A DNA stretch of 64,000 nucleotides from Antedon mediterranea (Eukaryota; Animalia; Echinodermata): positions 38,508,437 through 38,572,436 of the forward strand of contig NC_092672.1 of assembly GCF_964355755.1 (NCBI RefSeq), read 5' to 3'. The first letter of the stretch is position 1. Each line of letters begins with the position of its first letter. The position numbers were made by a program, and so were the translations under genes. Of this stretch, positions 38,701-51,600 are shown in pieces. Below the pieces are notes generated by a model, which ran no database searches, was not told the DNA's origin, and saw only the letters and a list, made by a program, of their open reading frames with translations.

Positions 38701-41700
38701 TTTATTACAAACAAGTATGCGATGTAAAAGTTTAAAATTGAATTGCGCAACTTTTACCATATGTTTCATATCTTTGACTTTATTATTCCATATTTTGTTC
38801 CATACCATAGTCTTATTTAAAAACTCTGCTTCCCATTTTACTTGGGAGATTGGCACTGTCTTTAGTTCAAATATAAACTTATCATAAAAACCTGTTTTAA
38901 CATTTGATTTGAATAATTCATTTTTAATATCAACATTAACTTGTTCTTTCTCTAATCTATGTCGTGCCAATACTTCCTTCCATTCAATAGGAATAGCATT
39001 CATGAGCTTGAAGTATTTTATTATCCCATTATGCTTTACTAATAACGTGGGAATTAAATCTCTAAGACTTACAATTGTGTTATTGACCAAAATGTCACCA
39101 ATTGTTTTATAGCCCGACTTTAACCAATCTTTGAAGTATAAAGACTTTCCGTTTGACAGTATGTTTATTTTCCCACAAGGTTTGAGATTTAATTTCCTGT
39201 ACATTTTGAGGATCTAACATTTCAATATTATTTATTTTCACAATTGCATTAATCATATTTAAATAAAATTCAGGCATAATTTGTAATTGTTTATGCTCTT
39301 CAAAATTAAGCTTACTTATCTCTAATGTACATTCTATAGGGTACATGTAATATTTTGGAATACATTTCCACTTGCCTGGGTCTGGGCTAAGTAGTCTCTT
39401 AACCCAGTTTAGCTTTAACGAGTTCACAACTACATAAAAATCAATCATATTAACCCCTCCTTCTTCTATTTTATTTATAAGTGTTTTCCTCTTAATCTTT
39501 TCTATTTCTGCATAGGAATCTATACAGTAACTTCTCTACCATTGGAAATACAATTTTTTAAATAATCTCATCACCTACCAACTTCAACAGTTAACAATTA
39601 TCAGCAACATTCCGAACATAGTAAAGCTTATAGTCCACACTGGCCAAATTAGTTTGGAAAATGTTTTCAAAAGTTTGCTAGTGAGACCTGTTGACAAACT
39701 GCAGAAAACAAGTCTATATTAGCAAATATTAGTTTCAAAACTCGAGCAAACTCTTAGTTCATCAAGAAATGTTTTCCAAAGTTTGTGAGACCAGTTAAAA
39801 AGCTGCAGAAAAAAAGATTTTGCAGAATTACATTAGCAAATTTTAGTTTCCAAACTCCAAGTTTGTCAAGAAGTGTTTTCCAAAATTTGCTAGTTTAGTT
39901 TGAAAACTCAAGCAAACTCTGAGTTTGTTATTGCGTGAATTCGACTTATATTGGCTTAATTGACAAAAAACTTTCATACCAAAAAATATAATTGTTTCTA
40001 TTTGAACACAGATGGTGGGACAGATACAGCTGCTGCATTGAATTTTGTCCGTACTCAAATGATTTCATTTTCTAAAGCAACATTTCGAGAAGAGGATGAA
40101 AGAGCTTCATCAAGAATCCCTCCCCCAAAACGAGTTGTATTTCTTCTCTCCGATGGTAAATATGACAATTTATTGTTTCTTTGAATTCGAGCCAAAGACC
40201 AGCCACTGATACCCACAGCATTGTCATTATTTTCAATAAGAGAAATATATTAATTACAAGTAATCGAAATATAGGTGCGTCTAATAGTGGCGGAGACCCT
40301 ATTAAGGCTGCTGAACTACTGAAGGATGACGGTGTTGAAATCTACGTCATTGGTGTCAGGCTTAAGAAAGAGAATGACGAGCTACTTGGCATAGCATCAA
40401 CAGATCTACCAGGTGAACACATATTCATTCTAGCTGACCATAATTCCCTTGGAAGGCTCGCTGATGAAATTACTGGAAAAACAAAGCCAGGTATGTAGGT
40501 CTATTCTTAGTTAAGTTAATAAAACTAAGAAACATTAACTGTTCTGTCGTTTCATTGCTAGTAGAAACGATGATTAACAATAACAATTTGATGATAAATA
40601 AAAATACTTTGGTTATTACAAGGACACAGTACGCATGTACGCGCGATGGACCAAGTAGTGTGCGAGTACCAGTAAAATAAAAACAGCAGCCAATATGGTA
40701 GTGATATGTTCAAATATGGTAGTGATATGCTCAAATATGGTATTGATATGCTCAAATATGGTATTGATATGCTCAAATATGGTAATGATATGACATCATC
40801 ATGTCCTTATATGAACACATCACATTGTTTTTGTCACATAAAGTTTAATAGTGTAGACAGGGCTTAACTTTCCAACAATGATTTCCTTATTCTAGACTAT
40901 AGCATATGTGGTATAGCAGGAGATACCCAAGAAAGCAGTCAGCGGGGCAGAGTATCTGGAGGATGGGAGGCAATTGAAGGGGCGTGGCCATGGCAAGCAA
41001 TGTTATGGAAATCACAATTCGATGTAAACAGCAACAAGTATATAGTAAGTTGCGATTATATTTTAAATAAATGACCATAATAAAGATTATTATGGTTTGT
41101 TTTTAAATAAAAATCACAATAAATATTATGGTTTTTATTGTTTTGTGTACAACAGCAACTTTTTTTATTGAGACGACCAACAAAGATTGTGCGTTCTATA
41201 TACTACACTATACTAGTGTAAACACTATATTATTATATATGCATTTTACTTTTTATTTACTGTAATTTTAAGTAGCCTAAATTCAAGAAAATAACTAACA
41301 TTTAATATGTATTTGTAATAATGAATGAAAAGTGGTTTACACTACTCACCAAGTGTTGGCGTTATAGTATAATTGTGGTTAATATTATAAATTCCGACGA
41401 AGGTAAGCATTACTGTAATCTTAGTAGCAGCAAAAAGCATTTTAGATTGTTTTACGGTTTACTTTTCAGCCCGATGATAGTCTTTTTTGTGGTGGTAGTA
41501 TCATAGACAGAGAGTGGATATTAACAGCAGCACATTGTTTTCGTAACTACAACAAGGAGGATCATATTAGGCCTATACTCGTTGGTTTGGGTACGTATGT
41601 TCCCTCTCCCTTTCTTTATTCTATCACCACTCCTGGGTTTTGTTTCTTCTCAGAAAAAACACTTAATTAACACTTTCAGTAGAGCAGCAGCAGTAGTGTT

Positions 41701-43060
41701 AAAATAATGAAACCTTCATAAATCTAATTGAGATGATGATAAGGATCCTTGGTAATGTGCCTACGTACAAATTACGGGAAAATTGTTAAAATTATGTCAA
41801 TACCACAATTCAATTTTTATTGCACGCGATGTGTGTGCGTCGTTCAGGCCTATACTTCGCTGAGGCATGTATAGGCATGGAGGAAATATATATCTGTATA
41901 TTTCCTCCATGGTATAGGCTAGGTCTAGGCGTTATAGTCTAGGCTATAACGCGCACTTCTGGGAAATCTAATTCCCTTGGGGGATCTCAAATGTTATAAT
42001 ACATCTCAGTTCTAAGCAGTCAATATCTGTATAAAGTTTAGCTTGTTCATGATAAATTGTGATGGTATTGCAGCATGACCAACACATAAACTGCCAAAAC
42101 GCTAGATGGATCGCCATAAAATTTCAATGTATTATATTCTGCATAATAGGTTATACAAATAGATTTGATAAAAAAGAGTATACAAAACAAGTGACTGTGA
42201 AACAGGTAATAAAACACGGAGACTACGATTCAAGCACGTTCGATAATGATATAGCACTACTTAAACTCAAAGAACCTATAGAATTCAGTGTCTACATTCA
42301 ACCGGTTTGTTTGCCAAACATCACGAGAGAAGGTGAGTAAAGTCGAGCGCTGTAAAAAAACAGCATTCAATTATCGTACGCTTGGCGGGGGCACGCTATC
42401 ACGTAGTTTTTGAGAGCTCAATTACCGTTTACATTTAATAAAAAAATACATTTAAAAATCGAATGTTACATTCATCAATTCAGGGGAAGATGGCATACTG
42501 CAAATCGAATACGAAACAATCATTACCAAATAAGGTTAAAGCGTATCGTAACGTAATTGTTCAAATTATTTTTGTAAAAAAAGTCATCTATATTTAAACA
42601 TAAACCAAATTGCATCAGGCTATTCAACAAACTGTGAACCCCCACTTTTTTTTCAACAGATAAGCTAAAACCTAATGACATAATGGTATCAACAGGATGG
42701 GGTAACACAAAAGTACAAGAAATAGATAAAGGACGTTCCAAACCAGATAATCTACAACAAATATATTCAAAAGTTAGAAAGGACAAAGATTGTTCAGACA
42801 ATATAGCTGGGACATTTTATTCTTTCACAAACAATATGTTTTGCATAGATGGACAAGGAAATACTACTTGTAGAGGAGATTCCGGGGGGCCAATTTCTAA
42901 AAAAGTACTTCCTAACGATGAGCGTGATGAACACTGGGTGCAGTTTGGAATTGTTAGTTTTGGTATAGGATGTGGGCTAGTGGGTAAATATGATTACCAT
43001 ACTGACGTGACCAGGTTCATGGACTGGATCGAGGATAAGACATCACTTGATTTTAGTTAA
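32783..43060 (+). CDS. CFB: Complement factor B/C2-like protein, about 878 aa: signal peptide, EGF, 4 CCP, vWA, serine protease (14 exons)
   Basis: Exons 32783-32867, 33427-33624, 34375-34581, 35078-35278, 35754-35936, 36422-36595, 36989-37218, 37409-37553, 40012-40155, 40275-40490, 40896-41044, 41470-41590, 42150-42332, 42660-43060; phases match (2637 nt). Last CCP is CRNPGTPINGRKVG..WSGTQPTC; linker YDDPESIAQYF; MIDAS DASGS/GGTDT/LLSDG; catalytic TAAHC, DIALL, GDSGGP. Confidence 0.93.
35301..35430. mobile_element. MITE family A, full-length intronic copy with TA duplication
   Basis: TA|AGCTCTGTTTACACTATCAAAC...GTTTGATAATGTAGACAGAGCT|TA. Confidence 0.88.
36005..36226 (-). mobile_element. 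tRNA-derived SINE, degenerate
   Basis: Minus strand has an A-box-like TGGCTTGGTGG and a B-box-like GGTTTAAGTC at tRNA-like spacing, followed by a non-tRNA body. Confidence 0.55.
36602..36772. mobile_element. MITE family B copy just downstream of a splice donor
   Basis: CTAGAGACGCAACG..TTGACCAATGACAAGC..GCTTGTGATTGGTCAA..GAGAACCAAGCTT. Confidence 0.8.
37590..39559 (-). mobile_element. 5'-truncated L1/Tx1-clade LINE (ORF2 C-terminus with zf-RVT, 3'UTR, poly-A, TSD) in factor B intron 8
   Basis: Frameshifted ORFs 39107-39448 and 38281-39204 (LKLNWVKRLL..GKWK, FNFKLLHRILVCN..CDRC..E.EEHMLLKC..W). T-run at 37599-37618. Direct repeat GAAATACAATTTTTT at 37590 and 39545. Confidence 0.9.
40690..40866. 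mobile_element. MITE family A, partial, with internal 21-bp tandem expansion
   Basis: (CAAATATGGTAGTGATATGCT)-like x5, then GTCACATAAAGTTTAATAGTGTAGACAGGGCT|TA. Confidence 0.8.
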
Positions 43061-43119
43061 AGAAATGTGAAATCTAGTGGTTTAAACATATCAGCTAATA
43101 ATAAGCAAATAAAGCATTT

Positions 43120-44125
43120 GTTTTTTTCTCTCTTTCGTGGGGCCAACCCACTTTTATTTCATTCTTCATATTACACATTGTAGTTATATATAGAAATTGT
43201 ATAAAATGTCATTAAAAAAAATGTTTTAAATATATATAAATAAAAATAAAATAATAATGAAACAATTAAAAATTAATACATGTAATTTTAAGAAATACAA
43301 GTTAATAATTTTCTTTTTACGTTACCCCATTTCTTTTTATCCTTGTTTATGTTACAAGCATATTGATTCTGTATAAGATTTTTTAGCTCAAATCAGAACA
43401 AGTTCCAGACGACTTTTGATCTAATTTTTGAATGTTTTTCTAATGATTTAATAAAGTTTGTTTTATAAATACAAAAAGTAAACAATGATAATAATTCATT
43501 GACATTTTCACTTTTTGTTCCAATAACAATGTCTAGCCAATCATGTACGGTTTATTCAAGTGTATAGCATTTTAGAATCATGTTGTTGAATTTTGTCCAT
43601 ACTTTTTGGATACTTTTACATTTCAAAAGCATGTGCTTGTCTGTCTCAATTTCGTTTTGGCAGTGTTCGCACATTTCTTCAGGAGATATTTTCCATATCT
43701 TCATTCGTTGTTTACATGCCAGAATCCGATGTAGCAGTTTAAAATTAAATTGTGCTACTTTTATTACATGTTTCATGCTATATAAGTTCACATTTCTAAA
43801 TTCTGTTTCCCATTTCGATTGACAAAATGGAGTAATAGATATATTGTTGATAATGTGTTTATAATAAAATGAATTTTATACTTTTTACAATATATTGTTT
43901 GTATTTTTCGTTTGTCTCTCTCTTTTTCATTGTTTATAAATATTTTCTTCCAATTTGAGGGAATTGCATTTACAATCTTAAAATATTCAATTATTCCATT
44001 TTGTTGCTCTGAAAGGGTGGGTATCAATTCTGTCGGAGTCATTAATCTGTGATTAACTATTATATCTTTTATTGTTTTATACCCTGCTTGTATCCAACTT
44101 TTAAAGATGTATTGTCCCTTTGACT
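43120..44125 (-). mobile_element. Second, more degenerate LINE of a related family directly after the factor B 3'UTR
   Basis: Broken ORFs with KVAQFNFKLLHRILACK..CEHC..HMLLKCK and NGIIEYFKIVNAIPSNWK. The 3' end resembles that of the 37.6 kb copy. Confidence 0.85.
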
Positions 44126-44564
44126 AATTCCAAAAAAATAAAAAATAAAAGATTTCGAAAAAAGATGGGTCATTTTGAAGTATCATAATAGTTATTAACT
44201 ATCGCCAAAAATTTTTCGGAAAAAAAAAAATTTAACTGAAATTAAATACAGACGTTGTTTTGTTAAATGTTCAATCAAAACATATCCCATAATGAAACGC
44301 ACTTGTTTGGCTACTCTGTATGCATAATCATAACACTTCCTCATGATCTGTGTGAAAATACCTTCTTAACCGTGACGAGTTGTAAACAATCCTAATTTAG
44401 CATACTAGATGGCATGGTACGCTCGCTTCGCTCGCGTACCATCTAGGTCGTGCCCACAGATGTTTCTCGAATACACAGTAATTTCAGCGTAACAAAACTG
44501 GCGATTTCAAATGTACTATTATATAATACATTGTTGTTTACAGAAACGAATAAATAGACACGAT

Positions 44565-46489
44565 CAGGCCCGTAGCCAGAATGCATCAGAGGGGGGTTTT
44601 CTTGACACCAAGGATTTTGCGAGCGCAGCAAGCAACTGTAGGCTAGGGGCCAGGGGGCCGCCAAGGGCCCCCGGTCGGGGTCCAGGGGGCGAAGGCCCCT
44701 GGAAGCTTTGGCTCTCAGAGCAATTTCGGTTGTTTTAATAAGCTTACAGAGACATTTTTTACCTACTAAAATCTGAGTTATGCAGAGAAATTATATAGTA
44801 CAGTATTATGGAAGTTAGTAGTACTGATCATAAAATACAGCTTTATTGTTGCAAAAAAGTATATTATATTAAGCCCTTAAATAATTTCTTATCCTATAAA
44901 CATAAAAAAACAAATAGTACCGTATATTTCGGTGTAAAAGTCGCACCTGTGTATAAGACGCACCCATAACGGAGACTGAAATATTAGTATTTTTTATGTA
45001 GTCGATGCATAAGACGCACTTATTTCTAGGCCGAAATTTAAACATTTTACAATCAAAACAATAGTATTTTAATAATAAAACAACGATATTTGAGACATAT
45101 TTATTAGAATCAAATGATATAATTTTGTTCGATTGCCTTTATTACATCGTAATCAGTCTCTACTTCAACTGAACGTTCAATGAAAAGGGAAATCCCCATA
45201 TTTTTTCAGTTACGATGCACTGTGTGGGTAGGGCTAGCCTATGTCTATTTAAGTAACTTTAATTTCATATTATTTAAATATATACCTTCTTATTGTGTGT
45301 ATGACCATTATAAAATCAATCCAAATGATGTTCAGTTATTTTGGGCTGATAATGAACCAGGAATATCATGTTGGGTAGGCCTATATGAAAATCTTTCCTA
45401 TTTCCATGCATGGATTACAGCAATATGAAGAGAGGAGAGCACTAACCATGTACTCCTTGCCTGGTGGCCAGCACTGTTGGCCATATACACTATGAGATTA
45501 GGGGAAGCTACTTAACATAATAACAACATACTCTTTTAGATATCGCTTGACATACGAACTATTGCCTACATGATTATAAAATTATGTGATTGTTGACATA
45601 GAGATGTAATAAAAATAAACCACCGTGATCAAGGGAAATAGTTATTGTGTAATTAAAATGTGACACCACCGTAATTAATGGACTCTTCCATAAATGTGTT
45701 GCGCTGTGATGCTGCATGCTGCTAGAATACACACCCGCGAGTTCAGAGAGTATTACTAGGCCTGGGTAGAATATCTAATGCGTACTGTAATATTAATTAA
45801 TACAGTCGAGGATGACAGTTTACCTTAACTAAAAATTCAATAAACTTGTTACCACACTGTGGTTAGACAGGAGTGAGTAACTAGCTAGGCCTACATTGCA
45901 GAGTAGTACACTATTTTTAATTAATTTAAGTATTAGTAGGTAATTAAATTAATTAGGGTAACATTTAGAGGTCAAATTTGCGTGTCAAAAGTGCGTCTTA
46001 TACACCGAAATATACGGTAGGCCTACGTACACGTACCAATTTAACTCAGCACCATTTTTATTCAAGTTTACACACTGAAATTCTTTGGTTTAATGAAAAA
46101 TATTTCCAGGAAAAAAATAAAAATCCCCAAAAAGATTGAACTGAACTGAACGTGATCTTGTGCGTTCCGAAAAGCCCGGCCGAAGCACGCGATTGGTCAG
46201 TCCATTTTTCTGTCATATTTATAACCATCATCTCTCAACAATCTCTCGATCTCACGCTCAGCAGTGACTTTGACATCGGACAATCTGTATATTCGATCGA
46301 TTTAAACATAGTCAATAGAAGTAAAATGACCAAAAAATCTGCTATAATTGATAATTAATTGCACGATTTTGGAAGTGGGGCCTTTGTTTTTCAAGGGGGG
46401 TTTGCTGGTAAAAGGGGGATTCGCGCAAAAAGGGGGGCGGGGGGGGGGGGGTCGCCCGAACCCCAAAAAACCCCCTGGCTACGGGCCTG
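44565..46489. mobile_element. Non-autonomous DNA transposon with 15-bp TIR CAGGCCCGTAGCCAG and 5-bp TSD ACGAT (hAT5-like)
   Basis: ACGAT|CAGGCCCGTAGCCAG...CTGGCTACGGGCCTG|ACGAT. No transposase ORF. Confidence 0.85.
44920..46017. mobile_element. Nested non-autonomous Tc1/mariner (pogo-like) element with TA duplication
   Basis: TA|CCGTATATTTCGGTGTA..GTCGCAC...GTGCGTCTTATACACCGAAATATACGG|TA, with subterminal TAAGACGCAC repeats. Confidence 0.85.
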
Positions 46490-47467
46490 ACGATGATTTA
46501 TGTAGTCAACTAAACTAAAATTAGCACCCTGGGAATTACTTCCGAAGGAGAAACTTATCACAAAATGAAGAAACCCAATTTGTGTTTTGTATGTAACATT
46601 AGGGTTGAGGGATGGGAAAGCGGATAGGTACAAAGAGGAACACTTTTTAAATATATTCTTTATCCACTCAGTAACAAAATATTTTGTTCATGTTTTATAG
46701 GCCTGTAAATAATATACCTCTCTAAATACAGTAAAACATGCGATTAATACTTTGTTAAAACTGTCACTGTCATAATCGATTGAAATATTAAAATACATGT
46801 AACGATACACCACTACAACGTTTATATTTTTGGTAATTATTAATTAATACAAACGTTGAGAGGTAAATGTCAGTATAAAGTTTATTTGTATATAATAATG
46901 TGTTTATATATCTAACAGTGAAGCCTAACCACAATCTCCGTAATAAAGTTTATTTGTGTATATTTTTATACAGTACGAACATTCACAGTAAGAAATGTTC
47001 GATTCAAATGAGGACCAAAAATAGTTAATAGGTATTTACAGTATTGTCAAAGTATTGCAAGTTTATTCTCAAAGGGCCCATATATTTACAGTACCTACCG
47101 TATGTGTTAAACCAAGGGCTCATAAATTTACCTACTTGTGTAAAACCAAACTTTGGCAGACTGAGAGATTGGGATGTTCCATTCATCGCAAATCAATACA
47201 TTTGTATAATCGTATATTAAATCTATCAAAATAGTATTTTTTAAAGAAAATCGGCCTGTCTTCAACATTATGATGCTGTACTCTAGCTCTTCAACCGGTT
47301 TTCAGCTATTAAAAACAATTATCGTAGGAGGAGATAGGAAAATGCGAAGCCTCCTCGCATTATTGTGGCGGGTATTTTTCAAGATGGACATCCATTAGAC
47401 AGTGTATACCACGATTTGAAAACACCCCTATTTGGGGCAAATCGTTGAACCTAAATTCGTTTTAATC

Positions 47468-48006
47468 GGAGGTCTACACTTGTGCAGCAGGGAATGTTCA
47501 TTCAAGGAGGTCTACACTTGTGCAGCAGGGGATGTTCATTCAAGGAGGTCTACACTTGTGCAGCAGGGGATGTTCATTCAAGGAGGTCTACACTTGTGCA
47601 GCAGGGGATGTTCATACAAGGAGGTCTACACTTGTGCAGCAGGGGATGTTCATTCAAGGAGGTCTACACTTGTGCAGCAGGGGATGTTCATTCAAGGAGG
47701 TCTACACTTGTGCAGCAGGGGATGTTCATACAAGGAGGTCTACACTTGTGCAGCAGGGGATGTTCATTCAAGGAGGTCTACACTTGTGCAGCAGGGGATG
47801 TTCATTCAAGGAGGTCTACACTTGTGCAGCAGGGGATGTTCATTCAAGGAGGTCTACACTTGTGCTGCAGCAGGGGATGTTCATTCAAGGAGGTCTACAC
47901 TTGTGCAGCAGGGGATGTTCATACAAGGAGGTCTACACTTGTGCTGCAGCAGGGGATGTTCATTCAAGGAGGTCTACACTTGTGCTGCAGCAGGGGATGT
48001 TCATTC
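47468..48006. repeat. 38-bp minisatellite, about 14 copies
   Basis: GGAGGTCTACACTTGTGCAGCAGGGGATGTTCATTCAA. It has no plus-strand stop, hence three overlapping pseudo-ORFs. Confidence 0.96.
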
Positions 48007-48663
48007 ATTTATTCAATAGTATGTAGGCCACTGGCCCAAGTACAATAATAGATAACAATACATATCATTAAATTATTTAAGTATGTTAGTCCACCAGCAT
48101 TTTTGTCTGAAAAAAATAGTGATCTCAAGTATTATAAGTATGAAACAAAACTTGTGTCAAAGAAATATCTTTTTAATAATTTCGGTCTAGAACCTAGACT
48201 ATGTATGGAAAGCCAAACCCGCCAAAAATACATAATACATACCATCTTTTTAATAATTTCGGTCTAGAACCTAGACTATGGTATACAGAAGTGTACCTGG
48301 TGTGTCCACATTTAAAGTGGAGGTATCCTGAGGTTTGTTGAGACGGTGTTGTGTTGTTGAAACTAGGCTGGTTGGAAGGCCTTAAAATAAGGTTTAGGAT
48401 GATGGGTGTTCATGCCCATCTTTTCACAGAAAAATTACATTCTTATGTTTTATTTTTTATTTTATTCATTTCGGCAATAAACATAAAATAATAATTACAA
48501 AAAAAACATAGAAAATATAGGAAATATGTAGTAGGAATTATTATCAAATTTTGTTTTATATTAATAAATATCACAAAAATTTCCCATAAAAAAATTTCTG
48601 TTTACATAATTATTTTGTTGCATGAAGCAAGCTTAAGAATGACACAAGATTTATTGAAAGTGA

Positions 48664-51600
48664 TCAGTGTCTTATTTCCTTGAACAGCAGTTTACCCCAC
48701 ACAGGACTAAATGGATGTACCATCACAGTAATTTCGTCCTGGTCATCCACCATTGGTCGTTTTTCATTACCCCATTTAAAGATGCTTCCCTCCATATTGA
48801 CAAACTCAAAGTGATCATCATCTGTAAAAGATTAACAACTACTATTGATTACATAAATATGGTTATAGTAAGGTATTGCTGTGGTATGGTAGTGGTATGC
48901 ACAAATTGTTTGCATGCGCGGGAATTTTTGACATGCGCAAAATGTCATGAATCGCGTAAAAAGTTGATTAGAATTTAATTTTGCGCACGTGTAACTTCTT
49001 GTAAAACATGCCATTTTTAGTGACCCTTTATAAGAATTAACTTTGTCAATAAAAAATTGCTTTTAGTTTTTTTCTTATGATCAATCATTAAAAATCATAA
49101 AATCACACACAAGTCAAGTTGCGCAACTATGACGTCTTTAAAAAATAGGAGGTGCACAACTTCACGTAAATGTCCATATGTTGGCAAAGTTATGAAATGT
49201 TATGTTTACCCATTTTAGAGATATGTGATGCGTAAAAAAATTAGGAAGACAGAAGAATAATATAAAAGAGAAACAAGACAATTACAAGGAGTTATCCGCT
49301 GAATAAGAATAACTAATAAAGAAAAAAAAAGCAACAGGACGATTACAAGGAGTTATCCGCTGAATGCGAATAACTAATAACTGAAAGTTATAAAGATATT
49401 TATGAATTTTATTAGAACTGACCTATGATTTATGAATTTTATTAGAACTGACCTATGATTTATGAATTTTATTAGAACTGACCTATGATTTATGAATTTT
49501 ATTAGAACTGACCTATGATTTATGAATTTTATTAGAACTGACCTATGATTTATGAATTTTATTAGAACTGACCTATGATTTATGAATTTTATTAGAACTG
49601 ACCTATGATTTTCTTTTTTTGGCTTTCAAGATAACGATTTATCAAGGCAGAAGAACGATAGCCTACTGCGCAATACATCACAACTTTTACTTTTGCATCA
49701 ACTGCGAATTCTAAAAACAAAAAAGTACTGTTAGTGTTATTTTTTTAATTCAAGGTCAACCATAAATTATAAATATTCAAAATGAAGTTCAAGTCAAGGT
49801 ATTCAAACATTAGAACATATTTGAGACAAAAAGAATGAGAAAGAATATTTACTATTGTTGAATGCATGTTGTTGAAGAACCTTTTGTACTTCTCTCATGT
49901 CGATTGTGTCAGGATTAAGTTGAATAGCCCCAGGCAGGTGACTAACAACATACTCTTCTCGTGGTCGACAGTCCTAAAAAAAATTGTTGGCTATTGTTAA
50001 AGCTTAACACCTTAAAGCATAGTGTTCTTAGTTTTATATTAATATTCATCCTCAATTTAGGAAATTCGGATTAGGTCCTCTACCCTTGGCATCCACAGTG
50101 CAGCACCTATCGCAAGTGACAGGGGTTGACATGATGGACCAGTACAATCACCGGGGTAACCCCATACTCTTAGTCTTCCGAAAGATGCACTTGGTTCTTT
50201 AAAAAGCACACAAGCCACTATACTTCTTATCCGAAGAATCAATCAATCAATCAAAATTTATTTCCAAAATGGTGGCGTCACCAAAAAAGCAAAAGCTTTT
50301 GTCAGGGACGCCAAAACAAAACATTCAATAGCAAACAAAACAGAAATGGTACATTTTAATTAAAGTATAAATTAATACATTTTCAATTGCTAGAGGTAAA
50401 TATATTAACAAAAACATGGCCGCTGAGTATTGTTTGATAAATAATATTTTGCAATCGTTTTGAAACTATTTACATTTTGCATGTTTTGGAATGAAAGACT
50501 TGTTCTACTACCAGTTTGATAATAAGCGCCTTGAACCTGTGCCGATTGTTTATGGAACGAAAGACTTGTTCTACCACCAGTTTGATAATAAGCGCCTTCA
50601 ACCTGTGCCGATTGTTTGTCTATGGTTTGCTTTAACCGTTCAGTCAACTCGACCCGACCCGACATCGTAATCAGTTTACTTACACAAATAAGAAAATCTT
50701 CTATTTCTGATCCTTGATGTTTTTTTTGCATCCATTTATAAACACCATTTGTTGAAATGATTGGTACGTCCTTGAATTTTTTGGCTACAGTATTAATAAC
50801 CATACTCAGACCAAACGCAACAGGTTTGTCCGCAAATTCTTCACTGAATAATGATGCAATATTCGAATATTTTCTAAAAAAATCACATTTTATTAATAAA
50901 TGAAAATGTTAATGTTTATAAATTTAAAATAAAAATCTTTATTATTTATAATACAGTAATAATATTAATCTAGTCCTAGCCTAGTAGTAGTGGAGTCCGT
51001 AGTAGTTAGGCCTAGCCTAGGCTTAAGTAGTATTAGGCTAAGCGGTCACAGTGCATATCGGCCGCCAGTCATTTCGGCCGCCGATTATGGATCGCCCAAA
51101 ATAATGAAACGCCAAAAAGGACAAAATATGTATTGTTCATTTCGGCCGCCAGAATCGTCAATATTGTTAATGTATAGAACGCCTTAATTGTCAAAAGGGT
51201 GTATACATGTGCCTATTGCCTGAATAGACGTGTGTATTCAAACAGCAGCAAGCAATCAACAAAACGATCATACTTTTTAATTTGCATGGAGTTGCGCTAT
51301 CAATATTTTACTTACTATCATTCGCCGGCTTCTTCCTGAGCCGTACAACAACTCCCCCACCCCCCACAATAACCACTGAAATAAAGTAAGTCGTGTAGTA
51401 CTATTACTAATCCCTTCATAAGTCATAAATCGGCTGTGTGATTTACACACGTCTATTCAGGCGATAGGCACATGTATACACCCTTTTTGACAATTAAGGC
51501 GTGCCATACGTTATTAATGTTATGCGCGATTTGAACGATTTGCGCAATTTGAAATTGCGCAAAAAAATCCTTGCGCAATTTGAATTGAAACATGTGTTTC

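Noticed and set aside
38426-39112. Plus-strand ORFs of 153 and 67 aa
   Set aside because: Antisense shadows of the LINE ORF2.
47432-48048. Three overlapping long ORFs (168-195 aa)
   Set aside because: Produced by a stop-free 38-bp minisatellite; no splice or domain support.
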